This document shows, in pieces, positions 49,837-62,367 of a stretch of 64,000 nucleotides of DNA. The stretch is taken from NCBI GenBank assembly GCA_035221665.1, contig CM069135.1, positions 58,962,001 to 59,026,000 on the forward strand. The letters run 5' to 3'. The DNA is from Okamejei kenojei (taxonomy: Eukaryota). The notes beneath the pieces were generated by a model. That model was not told where the DNA came from, made no database searches, and saw only the letters and a program-made list of their open reading frames with translations. Numbering within the stretch: position 1 is the stretch's first letter; each line of letters opens with the position of its first letter. Made by a program: the position numbers and the translations under genes.

Positions 49837-50501
49837 TGAGCTCTTTTATACCCATTTGGGAAAACAGACAAATCACTTTTTTTGCTTTAATTTCAATGGT
49901 GAATCATCAGGAAATTTTGAATTATAGACCATTCGCAGAAGAGCATGTTAACTTGGGCAGGAATTTGTTGATTTGTTAAAATTGTGCATGTGTAAGTTCT
50001 GCAAGTTGCTGTCTGATTATATTTTTATATAAATGTTAAGTACTGTTATTCTTTCTGGTATTTTGATGCAAAACCTAGGCCTTTGTAAACTATGTTCATG
50101 TTACACGATGGAATTGTTTAATGAAATAATAAGCTGACCTGTTTTTCAGTGGTGCGCCATTAATGTCATATTATTAATGCATTTAGAGCTTTGTATATAG
50201 CACCTGTGTGGATTTGCTCTATGTCTATGAAACTGATGCATTACAATGCTGAGAACTATATCTGGACTCTATATTCTCTTTTGCTGTACCTATTGTACTT
50301 GCGTTTGACTTGATTGTATTTATTTATTTACTTGATTGTATTTATGCACAGTATATCTGTTCTGTTTGGATAGCACGAAAAATAAAACTTTTCACTGTGC
50401 ATGTGACAATAATAAACCTCAATCAATAACTATTTGTGGTGGTGTTAGAATATTAAGCCTGAAGTAGGTCGCTTTTCAATTGATACTCTTTCTATTTACA
50501 G

Positions 50502-50618
50502 TAACAAGCACGTATTGTAAAAAACAAAGGTCCTTTAAAATCAATGCCAAAGTGCAACGTTCAAAAACTGGTAATCGTTCTCGGCATGTGAGAAAGGAAC
50601 CTCCTTCGTATCCAGCAG
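50502..50618 (+). CDS. ZNF512: ZNF512 coding exon 6 (..RHVRKEPPSYPA)
   Basis: ttacag|..CAG|gtatga; RKEPP.Y.AG motif of ZNF512; phase 1-1. Confidence 0.88.
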
Positions 50619-51284
50619 GTATGAGGTAAATGCTGCTGTGTTGAAATTGACATAGTTGCAGGACTTTCTCTTGTACTTTTAGATTGCCTTTAGGACCTTA
50701 TATTAAAAAGTTTTGGAAGATGGGCTGGGAAGTACTCTAATAATGACAAGGCGACAGATTTGATCATTCTGTATTGGATAAACAAATGCAAAATGTTTTT
50801 CAGCGGGAATGACCTGTTTTCCAATTAGTAATATATATTTTTGTCACTAGTATTATTTGATCCGCAGAATCCTGACAAATCAAAAAACATCTATCAATGT
50901 ATCTATCCATATATTAAAACTCTGTGTGTGGGTGTATGTCACATTCCATTTTTTTTTCAGATAAGATTTTTGGCCTTTGATTTCATGGTTCGCCGAAACC
51001 AGACCCTCAAATGCTGCACTTTTTCCATTTTGCTAGACATTACATTTTTATATTCACTAATGCACTCCTCATTACATTTAGACATTTTTATGTACATATT
51101 TTTAAATAAAATTACCTCCCCCCCCCCCCCCCCCCCCCCGCCCCCAAATCTTCAAAATGTTTAAAAAAAAAATCAAACAGCTCTCACCCATAGAATGTTG
51201 GTGAACGTTCCATTGTGTGATGTCACAATGCCCAATGCTCACAGATGTCCAATCGGAATGGATCTCATTTACATGCCTTTGCCC

Positions 51285-52722
51285 CAGCCCCAGCCCCCCC
51301 TCCCACTCTACCCGCCACATTCTTTCCCCTCTCTCTCACCCCCCACCCCTCCCACCACACTCTTCCCCCTTCCTCCCTACCCCATCTCCCTCCCCATCCT
51401 TCCCCCTACCCCTTCCCCATCCCTCTCGCCTCCCCTTCTCCATCCCTCTCTCCTCCCCATCCCTCCTCCCCCTCTCCATCTCCCTCCTCACCCCTCTCCC
51501 TCTCCCCCTTCCTCCTCCCACCCCATCCCTCTCTCCCCCTCACCCATCCCCGCTCTCTTACCCATCCCTCACCACCTCTTCCCCCTCTCCCCCACACTCT
51601 TCCTCCCTCTCTCCCCTACCCCATCTCCCTCCACCCCTCCCACCCCCCTCCCCCATACCTCTCTCTCCCCCTCCCCCTCACCTCCCCTCCCCCACCCCTC
51701 TTTCATCTCCCTCTCCCCCTCCTCCTCCCACCCCATCCCCTCCCCCCCTTCCCTCTATCCCCCTCCCCTTCCCCCTCTCTCCCCGCCCCCTTCCACCTAC
51801 CCCTTTGTCCCTCTTCCATCACTCCCCCTACACCTCTCCCCCTCCCACCACTCTTCCACTTTTCTCCCCTTCCCCACCTTCTCTCTCTCCCCCCACCCCT
51901 TTTTCCCTACCCCTCCTTCCACTTCCACCACTCCCCCTACCCCTCTCTCCTCTCCTCTCCTCCACTTTTTCCACCCCCCCTTCTCTCCCCCACCCTTCTC
52001 TCCCCACCCTCTCTCCTCCCCCCCATCTCTCTCCCTCCCTCCCTCTCCCCATCCCTTTTCCCTACCCCTCTCCCTCCTCTCTTCACTCCCCCCTCCCCTC
52101 CCCTCTCCCACTTCACCACTCCTCCCTTCCCCTCCCTCACTCTTCTCTCCCACCCCTCCCTCTCCTCCTCCACTCCCCACTCTTCCCTACCTCTCCTCCG
52201 CTCTCCTCCCTCCCCCCCCTTTCCCCCTCCCCTCCCCCCCTACCACTCTCCCCCTCCCTACACACTCTCTTCCCCACTCTCTCCCTATCCCCCTCTCCCC
52301 CTCTCCCTCCCGTCCCCTCCTCTCCCCTTCCCCACACCCCTCTCCTCTCTCCCCCTCTCCCCCACCCCTCTCTCACCCCCTCCCCACTCCTTCCCCTCCC
52401 CACCTCTCTCCCTCTCCTTTCTCACTCCTCTACCCCCTCCCTCCTCCTCTCTCGCCTCCTTTCTCCCCCGCCCCTCTCCTTCACCTCCTCCCCCTTACCC
52501 TCCCTGCCCTCTCCCCATCCTCATCTCCGTCTCTCCTCTCTCCCCCTCCCTCTCCTCCCCTTCCCCACTCTCTCCCCATCCCCCCTCCCCACTCTCTCCC
52601 CATCTCCCCTCCCCCTCCCCACTCTCTCCCCATCTCCCTCTCCCCAGCCTCACCCACCCATCCTCCCCTCCACCCCCCTCTCCCTCTATTGCCCTTCTGT
52701 CTCTGCCCCTCTCTCTGTCTCT
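51285..52722 (+). repeat. Polypyrimidine (C/T) tract, about 1.4 kb
   Basis: Almost G-free C-run sequence. Confidence 0.95.
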
Positions 52723-53154
52723 CTGTGTGTGTGTGTCGGCGGTGTGTGTATGTCACATTCCATTTTGTTTTTCAGATAAGATTTTTGCCCTTTGAATCCA
52801 TGGTCCACCAAAACCAGATGCTCAAACGCCGCCTTTTTTTTCCATTTTGCTAGACATTACACTTTTACATTCACTAATGCACTCCTCATTACATTAGGCA
52901 TTGTAAATAAGATCCTTCCCCCCGCCGCCCCCCCCCCCCCCCAATATTTCAAAATGTTAAAAAAAATCAAACTGCTCTCACCCATAGAATGTTGGTGAAC
53001 GTTCCATTGTGTGATGTCACAATGCCCAATCGGAATGGATCTCATTTACATCTGCCTTTGCTCCAGCCCCACCCCCCGCAGCCTGTTTTGAAGCGCGTGA
53101 CCACATGCGTGGGGATAGAGAAAGGGGATTGGGGAGTGGGGAATAGATGGACTG

Positions 53155-54408
53155 CCCCTCCCCCTCCCACTCTACCCCCCACTCTTTCCCCTCTCTCCCC
53201 CCCCATCCCTCTCCCTCCTCCCCCTCACCCTCCCTCTCTACCACTTCCACCACTCCCCCTACCCCTCTCCCCTCCCTTCCCCACTCTCCACTTCTCTCCC
53301 CCTTCCCCCCACCCTCCCTCCCCACACTCTCTCCCTCCCCCACCCTCTCTCCCCCCCCTCCCTCCCTATCTCCCCCCTTTTCCCCTACCCCTCTCTTCCT
53401 CTTCCAACACCACCACTCCCCCCTCCCCTCCCTCTCCACTTCAACTACTCCCCCCCTACACTCTCCCCCTCCTCCCACTCTTCCACTTCTCTCTCCCCAT
53501 CCCTCACCCTCCCCATCTCCCTCTCCCTCCCCACTCTTCCCCCTCTCTCCGCTCTCCCCCTCCCTCCCCACTCTTCCCCCCCTCCCCCTACCACTCTCCT
53601 CCCTACCTCCACACTCTTCCTTCTCTCTCCCCTACCCCTTACCCCCTCCCTCCACACTCTTCCCCCCCTCTCTCACCCCACCCCCTCATGCTCCCCTTCC
53701 CCCCCTCTCTCCCCATCTCCATCCCTCCCCTCCCACCCCCCCCGCTCGCGCCCCCCTCACTCCCTCTTCACCCCCATCCCCCCCCCCTCTCTTGCACCAC
53801 TCCCTGCGCATACCCATCTCCCCCTCACTCCTCACTCTTCCCCTCCCCCGTCCCCGCTCCCCGCACTCTAGCACCTCTCTCCCTCCCCTTTCTCTCCCAT
53901 CCTCTCTGTCCCCCTCCTCTTTCTCCCCTTTCCTCTCTCCCCCTCCCCCCTCCACTCTCCTCCCTCTCCCCTTCCCCTCTTCCTCCCCCTCTTTCCTCGT
54001 CCTTTCGTCCCTTCTTCTCCCCCACACCTCGCCTCTCCTCCACTCACCTCCCCCTCGGTCCCCTCCCCTCCCCTTTACCCCCACCCCTCTCTAACCCTCC
54101 TCACCCACCCCTTCCCCTCTACCATCCCCCTTCCCCTACCCCTGTCTACCCTCCCGCTCTCCTCCCCTTTTTCCCATCCCCCTCCCCTCACCTCCCCCTC
54201 CCCCATCTATATCACTCTCATCCCCATCTTCCCCCCCCTCCCCACTCTCTAACCCCATCTCCCGCTCTCCCTCTCCCTCTCACCACCCATCCTCTCCTCC
54301 TCCCCTCCACCCCACTCTCCCTCTGTTTCTTGCCCTTCTGCCTCTGCCCCTCTTTCTCTGTCTCTCCCCACTCTCTGCCCTCACTCTCTAACCCCCCCCC
54401 CCCCCCCC
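53155..54408 (+). repeat. Polypyrimidine (C/T) tract, about 1.25 kb
   Basis: Almost G-free C-run sequence. Confidence 0.95.
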
Positions 54409-55615
54409 AGACGCGCCTGTGAGTTGGGGGATATGCGTCAGTGGATAGGGCGGTTATGGGGTAAAATGAGCAAATTAATAATATTAATATAATATCAAGG
54501 AGGGTAGTTAGCGTGTGTGTGGGGTGGTAGTTAGTGTGTGTGATGCCACATGCTGCCCTACCCCCGCAACCGCACGTTGGGGAAACAGACCCAACGGGTC
54601 TGCACTTGGTCTAGTATACTTTTAAAACTCTGGGTGTGTTTGTGTGTGTTATGTCTGTCAGATGTTTGCCCTTTGATTCCATGGTCCGCCAAAACCACAT
54701 GCTCAAACTCCGAAATTATTTCCATTTCGCTAGACATTGCACTTTTACATTCACTAATGCACTCCTCATTACATTTAGACATTTTTATGTACACATTTTT
54801 AATAAATTTCCCCCCCCCCCCCCCCCCCCCCCCCAATATTTCAAAATGTTAAAATCAAACAGCTCTCACCCATAGAATGTTGTGAATATTCCATTGTGTG
54901 ATGTCACAATGCCCAATGCTCACAGATGTCTAATCTCGCAGACGTCGACATGCCTGCGAGTTGGGGGCTATACGTCAGTGGCTAGGGTGGTTATGGGGTA
55001 AAAGGATCTAATTAATAATATTAATATCAAGGGGGTAGTTAGTGTGCGTGACGTAGCATCCCCCCCCCCCCCCCCCCCCCCCCCCGCAAACGCGCTTTGG
55101 GGGAACAGACCCAATGGGTCTGTACTTGGTCTAGTATACATTTAAAACTCTGTGTGTGTGTGGGTGTACGGCATTTTGCCTTTGATTCGTTACTCCGAGA
55201 AAACCAGATGCAAAAACGCCGAGATTTGTACCATTTCGCTAGTGATTTAACTTTTACATTCGCATATCCACTCATTAAATTTGGTCCTTTTTCTGTACAC
55301 ATTTTCAATAAAACACTTACTGTTTTCTTTAAATCAGCAGCTGCGTACGTCACAATGCCCTTGAGCTCGCTGCACCGCCACCCGCTCTCAATTGAAGCAG
55401 ACGCTGTTATCGCACTTTCAATCCCTCCCGCCCACTCAGTCCTGGACTAATTGTTCAACATTAACATTTATTTTCAAAGAGCCGCTGCCCAGCTGCAGAC
55501 GTCACAATGCCCTTGCGCTCGCCGCCACTCCTCCCGCAGCTGGACTCCCACGCCCGCCCGCTCACTCCAACCCCCACCCCTCCCCCGTTCTCAAAACGCA
55601 GGTTACAGCCGGTTA

Positions 55616-55838
55616 TTTAGTTTTCAGCTTCTGGCTACAAATGGCAACAAACCAATCAAAGGTGAAAGTAACGGTGAACCAGACAGAACAGTCTGTAGCT
55701 GCGTACCTCAGTACATCGATAACACTGCACACAGGGGTGATGGACAGGAAACTCAAATAAAAGTAATGATATCGGAGATGATACAAAATGACCTCGGTGA
55801 TGGGGACCAGTAGATCGGCCACTGCCATGGCCACCAGG
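55616..55838 (-). pseudogene. Class A GPCR fragment (TM2-TM3), GPR139/GPR142-like
   Basis: LVAMAVADLLV..TEVIL..SFLSITPVCSVI.VL.YAATDCSVWFTVTFTFDWFVAICSQKLKTK: TM2 AxADL, TM3 Cys and a D(R>W)FVAIC motif. Confidence 0.85.
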
Positions 55839-56734
55839 CTCGACTTTCAGCTAAATATCAGGAGTGTTGGAGTCGGTGCACGGCCTCTGCAAGTTTAACA
55901 ATGTCAGAGCTGACTCCAACTGTACCCGACCGACCTGCTTTAAGGGAGAAGAGATAAGGCCACAGGCGGGCGTGGTAAAGGCCGGGATGTGAGGGAATGA
56001 GCAGCCACCCGCTACAATAGGCGCAATGGTCATTCCTATAGTGAACCCAGCTGCTGCTCACAGTCTCTGATGGGACCGCTTTCACAGATTTAACAGTGAG
56101 CGGCCCCCGCGTTTAACCAGGGCTCTGGGAACTCGGCATCCGAGTCTGGTTTTCTCGGAGTAACGAATCAACCCCTCCTCTCCCCCCCCCTCCACTCCCC
56201 CATTCCCCCCCTCTCTCCCCCCGTCTCTACCCCTCCTCTCTCCCCCACTCCTCTCCCCCCCACCTCTCCCCCCCCCTCCCCTCACCCCCACCTCTCCCCT
56301 CCTCCTCTACCACCCTCTTCTCTCTTGAATATAAAGCTTGAATATAATTTAAAGTTCCCAGAGCTCATATTATCACTTGCAATTGGACCAACTAATACTT
56401 TTGTGGTTTGAGCGCGTGAACCTACTAATTTACTTGGGAGATATCAGAATATTTTTGTGAAAATGTAATTATAAAATAAGCTTATATCATTTAAAACTCC
56501 CAGAGCTCATATTATCAACTAATACTTTTGTGGTTTTTAAAACTATTTGGATATGAGCGCTCATACCTCTATCCTAAGAATTTAGATTTTATAATAGTGT
56601 AAATATGATTAAGAAGGAAGGGAACTTAAAATATATTATACTGCACCTGAAGTTGATTTTAATTTTAAATATGAAATTTCCATGTTTTATCTTACTCAAA
56701 TAACAAATTTTATATGATTGGATTTAATTGGCAG

Positions 56735-56859
56735 GAAGTCAGGAGGAACACTGGTATCTGGAAATTCTGGAAAGGGGCAAGATTACGTGCCCAACATGTA
56801 AGGCTGTTATGAGGAAGACTGTGGAAGGGCTGAAAAAACATATGGCAAACTGCAAAGAG
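56735..56859 (+). CDS. ZNF512: ZNF512 coding exon 7 ([42 protein letters not shown])
   Basis: C2HC finger; strong similarity to ZNF512 GSLEEQWYLEI..CPTC..RKTIEGLKKHMENC as I recall it. Confidence 0.93.
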
Positions 56860-57922
56860 GTGCCTATTAGTTTTACTATGTTACATGAACCCTTGGGGGT
56901 GAGGGTGGGAGAGGGAGAGTTACATTTATTTTGCAACAGACTACTCAAATAATTCAACCTTTAATTGATGGATCCTAAATAATAGAATACAATTGCAGGC
57001 ATTTTGTCTGGTTTGGTAAATGTAGTAACTACCATTTGGAGCTAATAGTGTTTACAAAGGTTGAAATTTAGTTGAAATTTTCATAAGATAGCAAAATAAA
57101 ATTATAACATTTGTCTTTTGCACAGTTCAACCATTGATGTTTTATTTTTTCTCTTTAATACTCTTCCCCTAATTTTTCCAACATCCGTCATAACAATATT
57201 GGAACCAGTATTTAATATAAAAATGATATGACAATGGTATCATTAGCTGCATAAACTTTCAGGGTGATAGTGGTATTGCTTCCACTTGCACTGCATGAGG
57301 CGAACAAGGGGAACGACCATGTTGTGAAATCACCGTTTCTCCATTTCCAAACCTCTCCATTCCCTACTTGTCCTGAAACTATTCCATTTTCCTCTCGTTT
57401 TGGTGTCTATTGGAAACTCGAGTGTTGTGGCAAACTATCCATAAAACTATATCAGTTTCCTTCTGGAGTGAATGGTGCTAATCTGAGGGGAAACTACTTT
57501 CCACACAGAGTGGTAGGTAAGTGGAGCGAGCTGCCAGAGGAAGTGATAGAGTGGATGCAATTAAAACATTTAAAAGACAAGGTACATGGATAGGAAAGGC
57601 GTAGAAGGCCATGGGCCAAATTCATGCAAATGTGATTCTCGGGTAGGCTAATGTAATCTCTGTAATAGTGTAGAACAGAGAGAGATCACACTAAAAATAT
57701 AAAAACTAATCAACAAATTGCCTTTTGTGCTGACTCATGGTTAAAATCTGTTTTGTCTGCTTAGCATTTGACAAATGCTATTGCTTAAAGTATTGAGAAG
57801 TTCTCTCTTTAAATGGAGATTTGAAAAGTTATTTGCACAAAGGAAAACTATTTGCATAATTTACGATGAACTAATGTAACACATCTGAGGATCCATTCTA
57901 AGATAGACTCCTTTTCTTTCAG

Positions 57923-58009
57923 GAACCCTTTGTATGCCAACACTGTGGAAAACAGTTAAAGTCTTTAGCTGGGCTCAAATATCATTTAATGGCAGACCAT
58001 AATAACATG
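57923..58009 (+). CDS. ZNF512: ZNF512 coding exon 8 ([29 protein letters not shown])
   Basis: C2H2 finger; canonical splice sites; phase 0. Confidence 0.95.
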
Positions 58010-58459
58010 GTAAGAGTTACAATCTAAGATGAACTCTCTTTGTTTTGACAACACCGCTCAGAACTAGAAGGCTTTCCTATTAATTTTTCTCTGAAATCAA
58101 ATTGTATTTGAGGGTTATGTTATGTTGCTGGACGTTCAGAAGGGCACATCGTCAAACTACCTTAGTTCATATTCTGGATGTTGATCTGTTGGCAGGTGAT
58201 TCATTTAAAACCTTTAATGCAAAGAAACAACAGCCTTTGAAAATGTGTGCAATTTTGCCAAATATGTAATTTTTGGCTAAACTGCGAGGCACAGTTGGGG
58301 AGGGTTGCCATGACTCACGTCACAACGGGAAACTGTCAGCCACGTCTGCGCAGTTAGGGGCTATGGGTGAGTGGTGGAATATTGTGTTGGGGGAACGGGT
58401 TGCGTTGGAACGGGTCAATGGTGCAATATTGTGTTGGGGGAGTGGGACTGCTGCAAAAA

Positions 58460-58727
58460 AGCAGCATCTCATATTTCGCTTGGGTAGTTTATACCCCAGC
58501 GGTATGAACATTGACTTCTCCATTTTCAGGTAATCCTTGCTTTTTCCCTCCCTCCCCTCCCCTTCCCAGCTCTCCCACAGCCCGCTGTCTCCGCCTCGAC
58601 TTTTCTTCCGCGCCCCCCCCACCCCCACATCTGTCTGAAGAACGGTCTAGACCGAAACTTCACCTATTACTTTGCTCCATAGATGCTGCCTCACCTGCTG
58701 AATTTCTCCAGCATTTTTGTCTACCTT
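58460..58727 (+). mobile_element. Penelope 3' fragment with degenerate hammerhead (58635-58661)
   Basis: QHLIFRLGSLYPSGMNIDFS; CTGAAGAACGGTCTAGACCGAAACTTC. Confidence 0.8.
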
Positions 58728-58804
58728 CCTGGATTATTGATCAGTATCAACAAAGTTTGCAAATATAAATATAAAAATTAAATAATATTTCATTTATTTT
58801 TTAG

Positions 58805-58903
58805 CCAATTTTGAAAGATGGTGATATAGTTGATGAGCAGACTAATAGAGAAAGACTTCGTAAAGTTCTGAGGAGAATGGGAAGATTGAAGTGTCTCGGT
58901 GAG
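58805..58903 (+). CDS. ZNF512: ZNF512 coding exon 9 ([33 protein letters not shown])
   Basis: Canonical splice sites; RERLR.VL+R.G+L+C motif. Confidence 0.95.
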
Positions 58904-59094
58904 GTAAGGGTAGAAAATATTGAATGCATTTATTGCTATTGACTTGTTAAAAGTCTAAGGAGTAAATGTAAGTACATTGAAAGGTTTACTCGAGGAATTA
59001 CATTTGTATCAAATAATATGAATTGTATGAAAGCAATGTTGTGATACAGTGGTTTAACTTTACGAATGGTCTTTTCCAATGTTAAAATACTTAA

Positions 59095-59262
59095 GGATAG
59101 GTGACATTTCAGTTGGAATCCTTCTTCAAACTGAAGAAGTGTCCCGACACAAAATGTCACCGATGCTTTTTCTCTAGGGATGCTACCTGACCTACTGAGT
59201 TACTCCAGCACTTTGCATCGATCTTTGGTATAAGCCATCATCCACAGCTCTTTGTTTCTACA
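59095..59262. repeat. Inverted (back-to-back) Penelope 3' repeats with two degenerate hammerheads
   Basis: ggtgacattt..cttcttca-aac-tgaagaag..aaatgtcacc at 59100-59161. Confidence 0.7.
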
Positions 59263-59811
59263 TTTTAGCTAAAATACTTCATCTCAGTTTCTCTGCAATT
59301 AATATACCTTCTTTCTCCTCCCCATAAATGTTCATGGTATGATTTTGTTTTAATGAGTGGAGCGACTGGCTTTGCCTAATATTTAATTTAAAGCACTTGC
59401 AATTCTTGAGGCAAGCTAATGAAATACATCATCTGTTCTTGAACCTCAGCTCAAAGGTCGTGTTATTAGTTAGGGAATGCATTGTGCATGCATTCTGTTC
59501 CATGTTTGTATAGGCTGTTTCTTGGCCACTTCAGCTCTCAATATCTTCAGGCAGGATGGCTCATCATTGTCAGGTCTATGTCAGGCCTTTCCTCTGGTGT
59601 GTGTGTTACTGGATTAGTATGCTATCTAGTAGAAATATTATCGCATGGGTAATTTAAGTTTAACCAAATTTAAGGGCAGCACAGTGACACAGCAGTTGAA
59701 TTGTTGCTTCTCGGCACCAGAGACCCAGATTTGATCCTGACTATTGGTGGTGTCAGTGCGGAGTTTGCACGTTCTCCCTGTGACTGCGTAGGTTGTCTCT
59801 GACTGCTCCAA

Positions 59812-60515
59812 TAGACAATAGGTGCAGGAGTAGGCCATTTGGTCCTTCGAGTCGGCACCGCCATTCACGGTGATCATGGCTGATCATCCTCCCCCGTTCC
59901 TGCCTTCTCCCCTTATTCCGTGATTCCACTAACTTTAAGTGCTCTATCTAACTCTCTTGAAAGCATCCATAGAATTGGCCTCCACTGCCTCCTGACACAC
60001 AAATTCACAACTCTCTGGGCGAAAAAGTTTTTCCTCAGCTCTGTTCTAAATGGCATACCCCTTATTCTTAAACTGTGGCTCCTGGTTCTGGACTACCCCA
60101 ACATTGGGAACATGTTTCCTGCAGGGGTTCCCAACCTTTATCATCCCGCTTACCCCTGGCAACGTTAATAGCACATAACAATGTTATTTCACTTATTTAT
60201 GAACAACTAATGATGAACAGATACCAGAACCAAACACAGTCAGTCAATGAGAAAAAATATGTACAAATCCAGAATCAACAAATTTACCCCTGGGGTAGGC
60301 AAAATTTACCCCAGGTTGGGAACCCTTGCTCTAGTGTGTCCAATCCCTTAATAATTTAATATGTTTCAATAAGATCCCCACATCCTTCTAAACTCCAGTG
60401 TATCCAAGCCCAGTCGCTCCATTCTTTCAACATATGACAGTCCTGCCATCCCTGGAATTAACCTCGTGAACCTACGCTGCCCTCCCTTAATAGCAAGAAT
60501 GCCCTTCCTCAAATT
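59812..60515 (-). mobile_element. CR1 3' fragment interrupted by a hAT MITE
   Basis: tagacaataggtgcagg tail; CR1 sequence rejoins across 60122-60328. Confidence 0.82.
60122..60328. mobile_element. hAT (Charlie-like) MITE
   Basis: TIRs CAGGGGTTCCCAACCT / AGGTTGGGAACCCTTG; target ctctagtg on the right (left TSD copy absent). Confidence 0.8.
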
Positions 60516-60632
60516 TCTTCACTGTAAATACAGACTGTATATATTTGTTCAGGACCTTGCTCATTTACACTGAAAATATTTGTTTTCAACCCTTTTTCTA
60601 CCCCGCCCCCCCCCCCCCACTCTTTTTTTCAG

Positions 60633-60800
60633 GACTGTTCTGCTAGCTTTACTAGTATAATGGGCTACCTCTATCATTTGAAAAAGTGTGGCAAGGAAGA
60701 ATCGGAACTTTTGAAACAATTATTTAAATGCCAACACTGTGGAAAGCTGTACAAGTCAAAGGCAGGCCTGGATTATCATTTGAAATCAGAACATGCACCG
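60633..60800 (+). CDS. ZNF512: ZNF512 coding exon 10 ([45 protein letters not shown])
   Basis: C2HC and C2H2 fingers; canonical splice sites. Confidence 0.95.
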
Positions 60801-61323
60801 GTAACTAAGTTTCCACACAATTTATTCTCGGTCATGTATATTTGCCAGTTTTGAACTTTAGTCTTGCATTGTTAATGTCTCTCTTGCAATTATATTTTTG
60901 ATACTAAATATGTTTCATATATACTTAACCATTATCTCAATGATTGTTTAGAATATTAGTGATTAATAAAGTTTATTTTAGTTGTTTTTCTCTCGTTTTC
61001 TTCCTGGGTATTGGTTTTAGTGCATTGGTAGCACGGGATATCGCAAGTGCATAATTAATGCTGTGATGTAACACGTTTCCAGCTTCACCTGGACTGTTTG
61101 ATGTTGAAAATGCTAAGGAGCAACACTCCTTTCATGCCTCCCATTATTGTTGCCTACTTAGTTTAGCAATGAGCAAAGATAACAGAGACTAATTTGCTTC
61201 ATATTGTTGATATTAAGTCCAACTGCTGGCAGCTTTGATTTCTTTGCTACATTGTGATTATTGCAACTGTTAGAATCCAGAATTTTTGGTCAACCTTTGC
61301 ATGATTTGCATCTTGTTCACCAG

Positions 61324-61518
61324 TCTCCAGAAACTTCAGAAGATGAGGCTGCTGATAAAGAAAGTGAACCAGAAGTGGAAAGAACATCCAGTGGAAGAGT
61401 GCGAAGGAGCTCTGCAAAGTTGGCTGCCTACCACCTACATGAAATAGTAGCCGATGAACTTGCTCGGGAATCGCCTCGGAGGAAAATCCAACGTGACCTG
61501 GTACCGGATGATGACAAG
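61324..61518 (+). CDS. ZNF512: ZNF512 coding exon 11 (..SGRVRRSSAKLAAYHLHEI..QRDLVPDDDK)
   Basis: accag|..AAG|gtgaaa; conserved linker motif. Confidence 0.9.
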
Positions 61519-62265
61519 GTGAAACGACAAGGCGTAGGGAAATGCCATCCTTGCAGCTACTCTGTCATGCTGTCTAAAAATTTAGAATGTGTCATTTTAC
61601 CAAAATATGTCATCCCTCTTGGGAATTATATTCACAGATCTCCAGAATATTTGCTCTTTGTGCCACATGACTGTTCTGTAACTCTGGAATGTGTGTGTTG
61701 ACAAGCTACTGGTAAAATAATGGAATTGGACAACCACTATGAACTCTGAGCTGCAGTCAGATAAATAAATAATATTTCACTTTTATAACCCATCAGATCA
61801 TGACCAATTCAATTATGTTTTGAAATGAATGGGCATGATTTTATGGGGGTAGAAAGTTTGTCTATAAATGTTCCCTGTTTTATACGCATGTTCCAAAATT
61901 TCAAGTAACATCGATACATTCAATGTACTCGTGTTTTAACTGTCATGCTTTCATAATCGGTGAAATTTCTGAGCGCAAAATTATACATGCTGTCTCCTGA
62001 AGTTGGTCTATTCACAATTTTTTTTTTTTCCCCAGTTATTTTTGTTAGAACAAAATTCTGATGAAAATATGAGAGAGAAGTTCATGGTCAGGCTCTTTGC
62101 ATTAGAGATGTGTTATATATTTATTAAAATTATGAAATGTTGCTCCTTTGCAAACAGGAAAATAATTTAATCATCAAAACAAAGCATGCATCAGATATTT
62201 CATATTTAAAATGTGTGACTAAAAGATTTTTACACCTACTTTTTAAACTTTTGTCTTTTTTTTAG

Positions 62266-62367
62266 TTAAAGTACACGAGGCCTGGTTTGCCTACGTTCAG
62301 TCATGAAGTGCTTTGCAAGTGGAAGAATGAAATGAAAACATATAAAAGAGTGCAATGTCCGAACAAG
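62266..62367 (+). CDS. ZNF512: ZNF512 coding exon 12 ([34 protein letters not shown])
   Basis: [11 protein letters not shown] motif; canonical splice sites. Confidence 0.95.

Larger units (their letters stand above)
50890..56325 (+). mobile_element. Head-to-tail array of non-autonomous Helitrons (50890-54614, 54615-55134, 55135-~56325)
   Basis: A|TC start; hairpin CAGACCC-aac-GGGTCTG then CTAG|T at 54586-54614 and again at 55105-55134; the shared 5' block recurs at 50918, 52722, 54623 and, more diverged, 55146. Confidence 0.8.

Noticed and set aside
51195-54422. Long Pro/Ser/Leu-rich ORFs (477-552 aa)
   Set aside because: Open in several frames only because the C/T tracts lack stop codons; intronic low-complexity sequence.
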